Source of the DNA: Azolla caroliniana
Lineage: Eukaryota; Plantae; Polypodiophyta
Assembly (NCBI GenBank): GCA_043228905.1
Contig: JBHGNT010000010.1
Span: forward strand, 18,786,001-18,850,000
Direction: 5' to 3'
DNA: 64,000 bases
Shown in pieces: positions 52,919-64,000 of this stretch. The translations under genes were made by a program, and so were the position numbers. The notes below the pieces were generated by a model. It was not told the DNA's origin and did no database searches. It was given only the letters and a program-made list of their open reading frames with translations. Numbering within the stretch: position 1 is the stretch's first letter; every line of letters begins with the position of its first letter.

Positions 52919-55900
52919 TCCGTGCCGTCGTTCGCTGCAAAAACAGGAATCGTGGTCGCCAAAAACTGTGTTAACTCTTCGGGCTGGACAATGGCCTAAC
53001 ACAGGGTGTCTACGGGAGACACTTCACCAAAGGGTGTTACGGCAACCGGATTAGACTTCAACGCTTAATCCGACTTAATTAAGTTACTTATTAGGATCGT
53101 TTTTCATAACACGCGTAAGATATAACAATTAAGACAGAACGACAATTAACACAGAGAGATAACAACGCTTAAGCTTTCATTAATTAACCGCTAACTATTA
53201 CATTGTATCCGGGCCTTTAAATAGGTTTCCGGTCTGTATTACAAAACGGTGCCATCCGCACCTGTTCGGGATCGGTCCGGATCCGGAACGGCATACCGTT
53301 TCTGGTCCGTCCGTCCACACTCATAGCTTAATTACAACCACATTCCTACTACTTAATTAGCTCTCCGTTCCCCACTCTGGACTCCTTTGCCGGCCGGTAA
53401 CAGTGGTCATGGGTTTAACCCCTACATTCCACAGTGGCATCTAGTGAATTAAGAGATACTTATGAAGTATATAATAGAGTGGTGAGGAGATTGGGTTTTG
53501 AACCCACGACACAATAGTGTTAACAACTTACCATTGGGTAAGGTACTTACGAAAGAGAGAGAGAGAGAGAATGATGATAACGAAAGATATATATATTATA
53601 TGAAGAGAATATATAGGAATAGCTAGGAGGCTTTAGACTGGCGTTGAACTGATTTGGTTCTCAATAATGCCATGTGCCTCTTTTTATAGTGGCTTAGGAA
53701 TACTCTTGAGAATATACATGGATTTCCTAAGTGAAATAATAAATGGAAATAATGTTTTTTGTATTACAATGTATAGCTTAATGGTAAGGCTTCAACTCAT
53801 GTGACACAAGGGCATGGGTTCAAATCCTTTTGAAGCCATACCATGCTAAATCATGACAATTACAAAATTCTCCATCACTTGATGGTCCCCATTCAAAAAG
53901 AGATAATGCATCTTGCCATGATCTTACCAAATGTTGTCCACATACAGAATGTTGAATCTTTAGAGGAATACTTCCATTGAGTAATTGACCACCAAGATGC
54001 TTGAATATTTGTTTTCCCATGCACCAATCCTTGATGCTCAATAAAATATTGCATCATAGATATCCATGGTTGATCTTGTTGACATATATCTCATAATAAT
54101 GCAAATCTATGAGCCATCAAATGCCTTTCCAAAATTAAATCCAATATTGTTGCACCACCTAACCTTCAAGGAGTACCCAAATGGTCCCATGAAATCCATG
54201 AAACTCCCATCACCATAACCATAACCATAACCATAACCATAACCATTTATTGATGTGTATGTCGAGCATAATCGATAGCCATTTGAACATTCACAACATT
54301 ATGCAATAAATTTCTGCCTACAATAAAACCATATTGAGATGGATGAATAAGTTGAGGTAAGAATTTCTTAAGTCTGTTGGATAATATCTTTGCAAACACT
54401 TTGTACAACCCTCCCATCAATGAAATAGGCCTCCATTGATGAAATGACTTCGAAGATGGTACCTTTGGTATCAATTTGGTTATGCCCACATTCCACCTCT
54501 CAGGCATGAAACCAGAATCCCAACATTGTTGAAACATTTGTGTGAATGGACTCTTAAGCATGCAATCACACTTCTTAAAAACTTCATTTGTAATACCATC
54601 CCAACCAGGGCTTTTACCATTTGGAAGGTGTAACAATACCTTTTCCACCTCAGCTTCTTCAAAATCAACATCCAATTCTTAACAGATATTTATATTCACG
54701 ACACACCTAATTACATTATAAAACTCTTGTCGCGCCTTCAACACATCCTCATTAATAATAAACTCTAGCCCAATCAAATTCTTAAAATGAGTAATACATA
54801 ACTCAATAACCTTGATTGGGTCTATAACAATGTCATCCCCAATCTTAATTTGCACCACATTCGAATGAGCATATGATGGTCTTAATCCTTGAAAAAACAT
54901 ATGATATTGTGATTGATTATCTATAAATCCCTCCTTTAACTAACATAGTCTTGTATGTTGATAACTTTGACAAGACAAATTCTTCACAATGTCCTGTAGT
55001 ACTTGAACTTGAACATCCAAAAGCTCTTCATCATGCAGATTATTCATCAATAGTACATTGCATCGCATAAGAATATGTGAAAACTTATCAATCAATTTCT
55101 TACGTGTTTTAGCATTAGTCATACCATACATACGATGAATATCACTGATGTTTTGTAGTGTTGTATCCCATGCATGCCATCCTTTTGAAATAACTTGTTT
55201 TGAAAACATGCCAAAAATTTGTTGCATATAGGCATCAAATAAGGAATGTAATAATAAAGAAGAATTAAACCTCAAAGGAACTCGATCAAACAATGTTTTG
55301 TACATATCTACCCCATGTTTATTAAACTTAAAACATATGGGAAAATGATCCGATGTCACAACCTCTTGCATAATTGACATATTAAGCATCTTTGGCAAAA
55401 AGGACTCATCATGCTATCTAACCTACATTCTATCTAACCTACTCCATGTTTCCTTATATTGCATAGATTGAAATGTAAACCCAAACTCATCTTGATGCAA
55501 TCATTTCCATACATCCAGCTTCAAAACCTCTTATGCCAATTTGTCCCAAACTGCTTGCTTAGGAGAATCCATCAATGAGAATCGTGAAGTAGATCGTGAA
55601 GCATCAACACACATATTAAAATCACCCATTAACAAACCAACACGACCCACTAATAACCGTGGGTACATTGAAGACCATAACTCAATGCGTTGATTAGCAT
55701 TATTGGGTGCATAGATTCCTACCAACCATATCAAATCCTCAAAATACTTGACTTCCATCGCCAAAAAACATCCATATGGATCATTATCGACTATATGTGG
55801 ACAAAACAAATCATGAATAATTATGACTACCCCTGAGTAATGAGGTGATAATTGTCCTGCATAATATACGGAATATCCACGCAAATGTAACATAGATCCT

Positions 55901-56736
55901 GCTAAATCATGACACTTATGTTCAACTGCACATAAAACATCCCATTCATTATCAAATAAAGTTTTCCAGAATATATATTTCTTATGAGGAGAAGATGCCC
56001 CTCGCACATTCCACGGTACCACTTTCATTTAACACCTTTGGTAAGAACTTGCTCTTTATGAGCAAGTGTATTCATGAATGTACTAACTACTTGTTCAAGA
56101 GCTGCATAAGGATTCATGTGTACTACATCCCCTCCACCAATAATAGGGTTTTGTTGTCTAGATCCATGAGAATGAAGTCCTTGATTTAGTTGAGGTCGCA
56201 TCACCCTTCCTGAAGAATCGAATTGTAAATGGTTGAACACTCTCTGATTAAATTCACACTTGTTTCTGCCTCATTCAATCATTCATTGTGAGAAGGCTAT
56301 TGAAGATAATAAACAACTGCACTTGAGCATGAACCTTAAGCGAGCACCCATGTATTCCAAGATGGTTGAGGATATGTTACAAATGAGAAAGATACAACAT
56401 AGTGCCACACTAGAAAGTCATTCTCTCTTGTACAAACAAATGTTTTTCGACGAACCGCACATCTTGGAAATGCACCAAGAAACTTAGGGAAAATTGGTTT
56501 GATAAAGAATGTCGTGAAGCTCGAAAGTGCCTTATGGTTTTGGATGTAGCTAAGGATAAAGAGAATTACCAAAGCATTTGCATGAGTATAAAAGGCTTAT
56601 TCAAAGAAAGAGAAGAATATGGGAAGTTACTCAACAATTTATCCAAACGCAAGAGAAAGCACATGCATGAGCTAAATTTTGGGGAAATCTAAAGGGGAAA
56701 CGTGTTGAGAGTTATGGTGACTTAACTCTTCACGAC

Positions 56737-58847
56737 TTGCCTATGCATTGTAAGAATTTATATGAGTTATCTCTTGCCGGAAGGATGATGTGTTATGGTT
56801 CTCTTTCACATATGTCTCCCTTCTTTACAATTGAAGATATATGTATAGGACATAAGAAATTGGCCTCTCGAAAGGCAAGCGATCTTCAATGTATAAAGGC
56901 TGAAATGCTCAAATGGACAGGAAAGGAAGCACATGTATGGATAAACGATATGTTTAATGACGCATTGCAACATGGTATGCCGTACAATTGGACTACAAAT
57001 TGGATCATACCTTTACATAAAGGTGGAGATCTAAATAATGTAAACAACTATCAAACCATCATGGTTGGCTCATTAATGGCAAAATTGTTTGGATGTATAA
57101 TGGAATCAAAGATAAGTGTATGGGCTGAAAAAAATGGTAAGAGAGCTTATGGACAAGCTGGCTTTCGAAAACACCATAGCACCATTGATCACCTTGTTAC
57201 CCTTCGAGTATTAATGGAGGAAAGTCTCCTTAGAGGTAAAGGTTTATATTGTTGCTTTGTAGACGTCAAGAAAGCTTTCGATATGGTACCTCGTGAGCAT
57301 CTTTGGAGGCGAATGGAAGAACTTGAGGTTCCAAGTGAATATATGCTTGCAATTTCCCGAATTTATGAGAAGGTTATATGTTGTGTGCCCATGAGAGATA
57401 AACTTTCAGATTTTTTCAAAAGCACTATTGGTGTTAAGCAAGGATGCCCACTCTCACCAACACTATTTAGTCTATGCATTGATGAATTGGAAGAAATGGT
57501 TACCAAGTTTGCAAAGGAAGAATGTGTTGAAGAAGTTGTCATTGGGAATGTTGTGATTATGCTTTTGCTATATGCATATGATAGAGTGCTTTTTGCGAAT
57601 ACTTTAGGAGATGCACAAAAGCTTATAAAGGCATTGGAAAAATTTTGCATGCATACTAAATTAAGTGTCAATACCTCTAAAACAAAGATTATCCTTGTGA
57701 AGAGCCAAAAAAGAGATAAACCATGCATTATGTACAACAATGAGCCACTTGAATGTGTGGAAAGCTTCAAATATCTTGGCCTTGAAGTTCCTTCAAATCA
57801 TAGATGTAATGAATGTGCTACACGCCGCTTAGAGGTGGGTAAGCGAGCATACTATGCATTTGAGATCACATGCAATCTTGGAGATGTTAAGTGTTGGGTC
57901 CTCAAGAAATATCTTTTCGACACTTTGGTGACACTGGTTCTTCTCTATGGGGTGGAAGTATGGGGTGTTAGCATCCCTAAATCTATGTGGAAAGAGTTTG
58001 AAAATGTCCAAAAACATTTTCTTACAAAGTTTCTACAAGTTAAGAAACAAATGCCCTACACCCTCATCCTCCTTGAGACGGGATCGCTTCCCATTGAGAT
58101 CATGGCCATGGAAAGGGTTGTTGAATACATGCTTAAGGTTCAAAAAAGTCCCTCACATAGACTTCCTAGAATTGCATGGGAAGCAAGCAAAAAGATCCAA
58201 AAGGCGCATAAAAGCAAAATTTTGTGTTCCGGTTGGATGCAAGATATAGAAAAATGGTTTGGTAGATGGGATGCGAGACACTTGCTTCATGATGCATCAT
58301 TAGATTCCTCTGTAAATGAGGCCTTTTTGCAATGCAAATGTATCATGACATGGGACAAAGGTGGAGGCTCACGCTTCACACATTATACTACACATGTTGC
58401 ACCTAACTACAAAACGGTCATATTCTTTGCGGAACGGGGAAATCATACGCATCGATACATGTTAGAGCCCATACTGTTATCTGCCATTCGAACCATTGCT
58501 TCCATGCGACTTAGCTCACATGCATTGCGATGTGACACAGGGTGTTGGGGCACAAGTGATGAGAGTGGTCGACTATGCACACTTTGCCCTAAACAAGTTC
58601 GCCAGTATGAGTATCACACTTTGATACAATGCTCTGCCTTTGATCATATTCGACCATGCTTTCCACATCTCTTCGACCGAGCCCAATCCTTGCATGAATT
58701 CCTCTCACAAGCACAATGTGCACTCTCGATTGTAACATTCATTGGTAAAGTTCTTGAACATCGAGAGTCACTACTCACTTTCACACGTATCATGTAAAAT
58801 GTAATATTTTTGGTCTCATAGGTCATATCTCCGAAGACAATAATATA

Positions 58848-58915
<68 letters not shown>
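56737..58915 (+). mobile_element. RTE/RTEX-like non-LTR retrotransposon, 5'-degenerate, with (TATC)n tail
   Basis: 686-aa ORF with RT motifs QAGFR, CFVDVKKAFD, GVKQGCPLSP, LLYAYD (YADD mutated) and FKYLG. The C-terminus has RLSSHALRCDTG..CTLC..EYHTLIQC. A tandem tetranucleotide tail lies at about 58848-58915. Confidence 0.88.
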
Positions 58916-59717
58916 CTCTGTAAATCGATGTTTGTTATTAAAACAAGATGACAATACAACCCTTGCGACCTTCACTACTTCATATTACATAATAGTGATA
59001 ATGCAAGGCTCTCAAGTGTTGTAGAACTAGATGACATACGTCGTCCCCATACGGCATAGTTGCGAAAATTGCCAAATCAACTTCCTTTTCATCCTATGGA
59101 GTTGTTGTGTTACCCCCACGAAGTCCATCAAACAATTACACATTTCTCATGGTCCATCAAACAAGTACCCATTAATAGAGTACGTAGAACGCTTAAGGTT
59201 GCATGTACTAGAGCATATAGATATGGATGACTCACTAAAGAGAGGAAGATGACATCACATAAACTCTGAAAAGTCAAGCATCTAGACAAGATATATCCTT
59301 TCATATCCTATTGCGCTCATATTGTATATCCTACTTATAATGGCTCAATAAGTAGATATCCTCAATACACTCTATTCACACTTCCTATGTAATATTTACC
59401 TAATTTATCTACTATCTAACCATTAGTTGATTGTTTGGAAATTTGGTTTTAGCAACACTATAAGGATTATTATTTCCAACCTAAAATACTGGTAATAGGC
59501 CAAATGTATATAAAAAGCATGGTTATATTGTAAGAAGCATATTATCTGGTGTCAGAGAAGTGGAGTATTACTTGTTCTAGTTGTGCAGGTAGATTGGTGG
59601 ATTTAGCGAGATGGTTGATGTGGAGTTAATGAAGCATATTTTTTGTTTTTGATAAGGATGAGTGATGTTGGTGTAGGGGCCGAAGCTATCAGGAGCAGTA
59701 CTAAGATAGAGAAGTAC

Positions 59718-62700
59718 TGTCAGGAACAGTACTAAAACAGAGAAGGAATTAGTACGTAAGGATGAGAATTAGTACTAAGGGAGGTGTAGAACTCTCGAGA
59801 GAAGGAGAGAGTGAGTGAGTGAGTGAGAGAGAGTGAGTGAATGAGGATAAGAAAAGATATATATTATGTTAAGGGAATATACAATAGTAGCTAGGAGGCT
59901 TAAGATTGGCGTTGAACTGATTTGGTTTGAAATAATGCCTTGTACCTCCTTTTATAGTGTTCTCATGAGTACTCCTGAAGTTTCTAGAATGTTCCAGAGA
60001 AATCTGGAATATACATCAACTTTCTATAGTAAAACCTAAATGAAAATAATATCCTTCGTATTACAACATATAGTCTAATGGTCAAGAGCTTGACCCATGT
60101 AACATAAGGTCATGCGTTGGAGTCTTGCCATATCATGACACAATCCTCCCTTTAAAACGACGAGTGTCACGAGTCGTTTTGGATTGAGGACCCGGTTTTT
60201 CTAGATATTGACGATGGATGTCTTCAAGAAGAGCACGAGCATTGGTCACATTCTCTATTGGTTCCCAAGTATGCTCGCTGGGACTATATCCTAGCCAATC
60301 GACTAAATAGTAGAGCTTGTTGCGAACAATCTTGAAATCGAGGATGGTGGCAACCTCGTACTTAGGTCCATCTTCAAGCTTGATCGGGGGTGGAGGTTGT
60401 TTAATACGACCTGGGATGGTGCTGTCTTGATAGGGTTCAAGGAGAGAACTATGAAACATCGGATGTATCCGAAGTTGTGGAGGTAGATCAAGACGAAAAG
60501 CGACATCATTAATTTTTCTAATAATAAGGAAAAAACCTAATCGCAGGTAATCCAACTTCTCGCATGGGCGAGTAGTCTTGATGTGTCATCGTAGTAGCCA
60601 CACCCGATCTCCAATGTCAAAACTAGATGGAAGCTGACGACGATCCGCTTAAACCTTGTGTGTTTGTTGAGCTTGTTGTAGATGAGTAGATAAATCCTCT
60701 TGTATCTTACATGGCTCCAAACGATCCTCTGCACAAGGATTTGTAGGTAACTCTGGGGTTTCAAATACACACCACCTTTGTCGATGAGTGGACAGAGTTA
60801 TTATACGCAAATTCGTCGAAGTGGAGAATATCCGCCTAGTCATCTTGATGATAGATTAAAAAGCACCGAAGATACTGCTCCAACGTTTGATTTGTTCGTT
60901 TTGCTTGGCCGTCTGTTTGCGGGTGGTAGCCGGAGGAGAGGTTACAAGTGACCTTAAGCATTTTAAAGAGGTGCTTCTAGAACTTCGAGACGAACTAGGG
61001 TCCACGGTCACTGATGATACTATTGAGAAGGCCATGACACCAACATACTTCACGCATGACAATTTCGACGGTTTCTTCACTCGAGATTTCCTTAGTACAT
61101 GGCAAGAAATGGGCCATCATTGTATATCAATCTACTACTGTTAAGATCACATCGAATCCCTTAGAGACCGGAAGATCTGTGATGAAATCTAGGGCAATAA
61201 ATTGTCATGGCTTGCTTGGAATTGGTAATGGTTCTAATAAACCATATGGATGATGCCTTGGAATTTTTGCTCTGCAACGTGTATCACAAGTTCGAACAAA
61301 ATCTTCGACAAATTGTCGCATATGGGGCCACCAGAAGGATCGTTGTACTAAATCTAGTGTTTTAGTACTACCAAAATGCCCAGATGTATATGTGTCGTGA
61401 TAGTTTTGGACTACTTGAAGGCGACAAGTACCATTAGGAACATACAAGAGTTTCTTAAAGAATAGTAATCCATCATGACATTCGAATTGTCGATAGTCCA
61501 TACCTAGTTGTTGCGACTGTGAACAAGATGCTCGAGAGGGATCAATTTGTGCTAGAATGGCTTGAGCGAAACATCTGTCTTCAAGTCCTCACGTATGGTA
61601 TCGATAACGTGGGAATCCAAGGGCATACCGAAGACTTGCGTTGCTTGCAGTCGTGCCAGTCCCAAGATTACTTGTTTTTGGTTATCGAAAGTCGGCTCGC
61701 CGGGACGCGGTGCTAGATATGAACGTCGTGATAACGCATCCACCTTCCCTTGTTGCTTCCCCAGACGATATGTAATTTTGAAGTCGAAACGAGTGAGGAA
61801 TTGGGTCCACCAAGCTTGACGTCGATTTAACACACGAGCATTCTGAAAGTGGGCAAGGTTTTTGTGATCACTGAATACGATGACTTGATGAGAAAAAGTA
61901 AAAGAAAATGCCTCCATTGCGTAAAAGAGTCCACTATTGCTAATAGCTCCTTATCATGAATTTCATAGTTGATTTCCACGGCGTCAAACTTGCATGAATG
62001 GAAAGCCATAGGATGTAGCTTTTCATCATTGCGTTGTTGAGACAGAATGCTACCCAAGGTGAAATCTGACACGTCTACTTCAATGATGAATGGTTTTTCT
62101 GGATCAACATGAGCTAAAATAGGAGCTGATGTAAATGCCTTCTTAAGACTCTCAAAAGTAATATCCGCTTCTTCAGACCAAACGAATGATTTTCCCTTCC
62201 TGGTAAGTTGTGTGAGAGGCAGAACAAGCTTTGAGTAATCCTGTATGGACTTGCGGTAAAAATTTGCAAAGCCTAAAAAGCATTGCACATCTCACAACGA
62301 ACGCGGAGTTTGCCACTCTACCACCGTTTTGACCTTAGCCGGATCCATGGAGATGCCTTCTGAGGAAATGACATAGCCCAAAAATTCTACTTGGTTGCAC
62401 CCGAAACTACATTTTTCTAGTTTTGCATAAAGACCATGTTCTCGAAGTCGTTTTAGTACTAACAGTACATGAGAATCATGCTCTTCCCGAGTCTTCGAAT
62501 AAAATAGTAGATCTTCCAAATAGATGATCAAAAAATCATACAAGAGATCTCAGAATATATCATTTACCATGTGCTGGAAGACTGTTGGCACATTAGTGAG
62601 CTCAAATGGCATGATTGTATACTCGAAGTGCCCATATCTGGTGCGAAACGTAGTCTTCCATTTGTCTCCTGGTCGGATCCGTACGAGGTTATATGCTCCT

Positions 62701-64000
62701 CGTAAGTCGATCTTTGTGAAGAACCTTGCACCATAATTTGATTCGTTCTAAAAGACTTGAGATAAGAGGAAGTGCATACCTATTCCTGATGGTGACTTTA
62801 TTCAACCCACGGTAATCTACGAAGACGAAGTGATCCATCCTTTTTTCTTGATGAAGAAAATGGGTGCACCGGCTGGAGATTTCGAATGTCGAATGAAACC
62901 ATTTGACAAATTATCCTCTATATAGGCTCGAAGGACTTCTATCTTGGTTGGTGACAAATTGTAGATCGGTCCCCATGCTGGCTCTTTTCCCGGTTGTAAA
63001 TCGATGGGGCAATCATACGGTCGATGGTGAGGAAGCGTATTAGCTCGTACTTTATCGAACACATCGGCATAATGATGATACTTCTCTGGAAGTTGAATGG
63101 TGGACTCCTCTTTATTGATACTGGAGGCGTTTACTAATATTGTGAAGAGAAATATTTCTTTCTTGTGTCCTTCCTCACGCAACTGATGTAGCGAAATGAT
63201 TGCAATCTTATGAGTAGATCCTCGGGTTTGTCGACACCGTATTTCTCTTGTTCTCCAATCTATGGTCAGGTTATGTAATTCGAACCATGGTAATCCCAAA
63301 ACCATGGGATGTTCTGGAATACTAATTATATTAAATGATACTACACATGCTAAGTTATCTAGGACAATATTAACGGGTTCTTACTCTTCTATAATATTCC
63401 CGGAAGCAATGGGACGACCATCAATGACTACTACAGAGGCTGGACATGGGAGTTTCTTTAGGGATATCTGATGAGCTTGGGCAAAATTCCTATCCATGAA
63501 GTAAGAGTTGGCTCCGGAATCTAAGAGTGCTAAGAGATGTACTAGAGGAGTACTTTTAGTACTAACCATTACTTGAGCTAAGAACACATTGCTAACTTGT
63601 TTAGAGGAAATGGAACCATTAATGGGCTGCACAAATCTAGGGTTGTCCAACCAAACGACTCCTATTTTGGCTGGACTTAATCGTTTAACTCTTCTTCTAG
63701 TTCGCTAAGGATTTCAAATTTGTTTGAAAGGCTTGGGCTATTAGGACTATTAGACACACCTAGAGGAAAAGACTCGGGTTTAGTACTATTAGTACTAGCA
63801 GTTATTTGATTTACCTGCCTTTTCGGCTAATGGGGGCAGTTCACTGCAATATGCCCCGGTCCACCGCAATAAAGACATAATTGATTTGCCCTACGTTGCT
63901 GCTTTTCTTCTTCTGATAGTGGTCCGCGACGACGTGTGGTGTCAATTTCCATTGGATTCCTAGTATTTGTTGGAGACGTATTGAATGACTCCCTTGGGAA
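59718..64000 (-). mobile_element. Degenerate chromovirus (Tcn1-like) Ty3/gypsy element, truncated by the window end
   Basis: 3' LTR 59718-60140 and PPT AAAGGGAGGA. Chromodomain YEVATILD..YYLVDWLGY..TWEP (60133-60555). Fragments of INT, RNase H (NYEIHDKELLA), RT, PR (LLDSGA) and the gag knuckle [14 protein letters not shown] (~63840-63880). Confidence 0.93.

Larger units (their letters stand above)
43523..53402 (-). mobile_element. Young full-length non-chromovirus Ty3/gypsy (Athila/OTA-like) LTR retrotransposon, 9.9 kb
   Basis: 434-bp LTRs at 43523-43956 and 52969-53402 (TGTTA...TAACA), with about 10 substitutions counted by eye. TSD GTGGT at 43518-43522 and 53403-53407. PBS-like TGGCGACCACG lies 7 nt inside the 5' LTR. 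Confidence 0.96.
43477..53551 (+). mobile_element. tRNA-derived short element (copy 3; pieces 43477-43522 and 53408-53551) inserted in the LTR's (GA)n tract
   Basis: TGGATGTAGCTCAGTTGGTAA...GTGGT | CATGGGTTTAACCCCTACATTCCA...CTTACCATTGGGTAAG. It has (GA)n on both sides and is absent from the sister LTR at 59718. Confidence 0.8.
43352..53858 (-). mobile_element. Solo LTR of the Tcn1-like chromovirus family (pieces 43352-43476 and ~53552-53858)
   Basis: TGTCAGGAA...TCATGACA termini, colinear with the LTR at 59718-60140. TSD ATTAC at 43347-43351 and 53859-53863. Confidence 0.9.
42322..56240 (-). mobile_element. L1/Tx1-like LINE, degenerate, internally deleted and split by a 10.5-kb nested insertion
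   Basis: APE domain (WNVRG, GIYAPN, GDFN; 55531-56028; SDH in 54940-55398). RT N-terminus (KSPGWDG, WRPISL, SQYGF; 54247-54675). zf-RVT-like C-terminus (CFFC..EDSTHRFIKC; 42735-43109). Removing 43352-53863 restores the frame ...SDGEFCN|SLQNEFLVSSRMLFWHG. The 3' end abuts (GA)n. Confidence 0.9.

Overview
Eukaryotic plant nuclear DNA. The PLS-PPR style, a Tcn1-like chromovirus and the LINE types suggest a fern or other seed-free vascular plant (inference). The left half (1-32 kb) has five conserved genes: a RabE/Rab8 GTPase (+), TAM41 (-), a TMEM62/At3g03305-like metallophosphoesterase (+), an intronless PLS-E PPR (-) and a PP2C (+). It also has many microsatellites and short tandem duplications. 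The right half (33-64 kb) is mostly retroelements around one orphan three-exon gene. These are a degenerate short-LTR Ty3/gypsy with a 4-bp TSD and animal-like integrase, an RTE/RTEX-like LINE, a Tcn1-like chromovirus running off the window, and a four-level nest. The nest is L1 LINE > chromovirus solo LTR > ~190-bp tRNA-like element > young Athila-like LTR element carrying a ~1000-codon extra ORF. The most unusual signals are (i) a small dispersed element apparently built from two convergent tRNA-like halves, found next to (GA)n tracts, with one copy expanded into a 79-bp tandem array, and (ii) a related tRNA-like A/B-box cassette embedded in the chromovirus LTRs. All calls were made by eye; no database searches were run.
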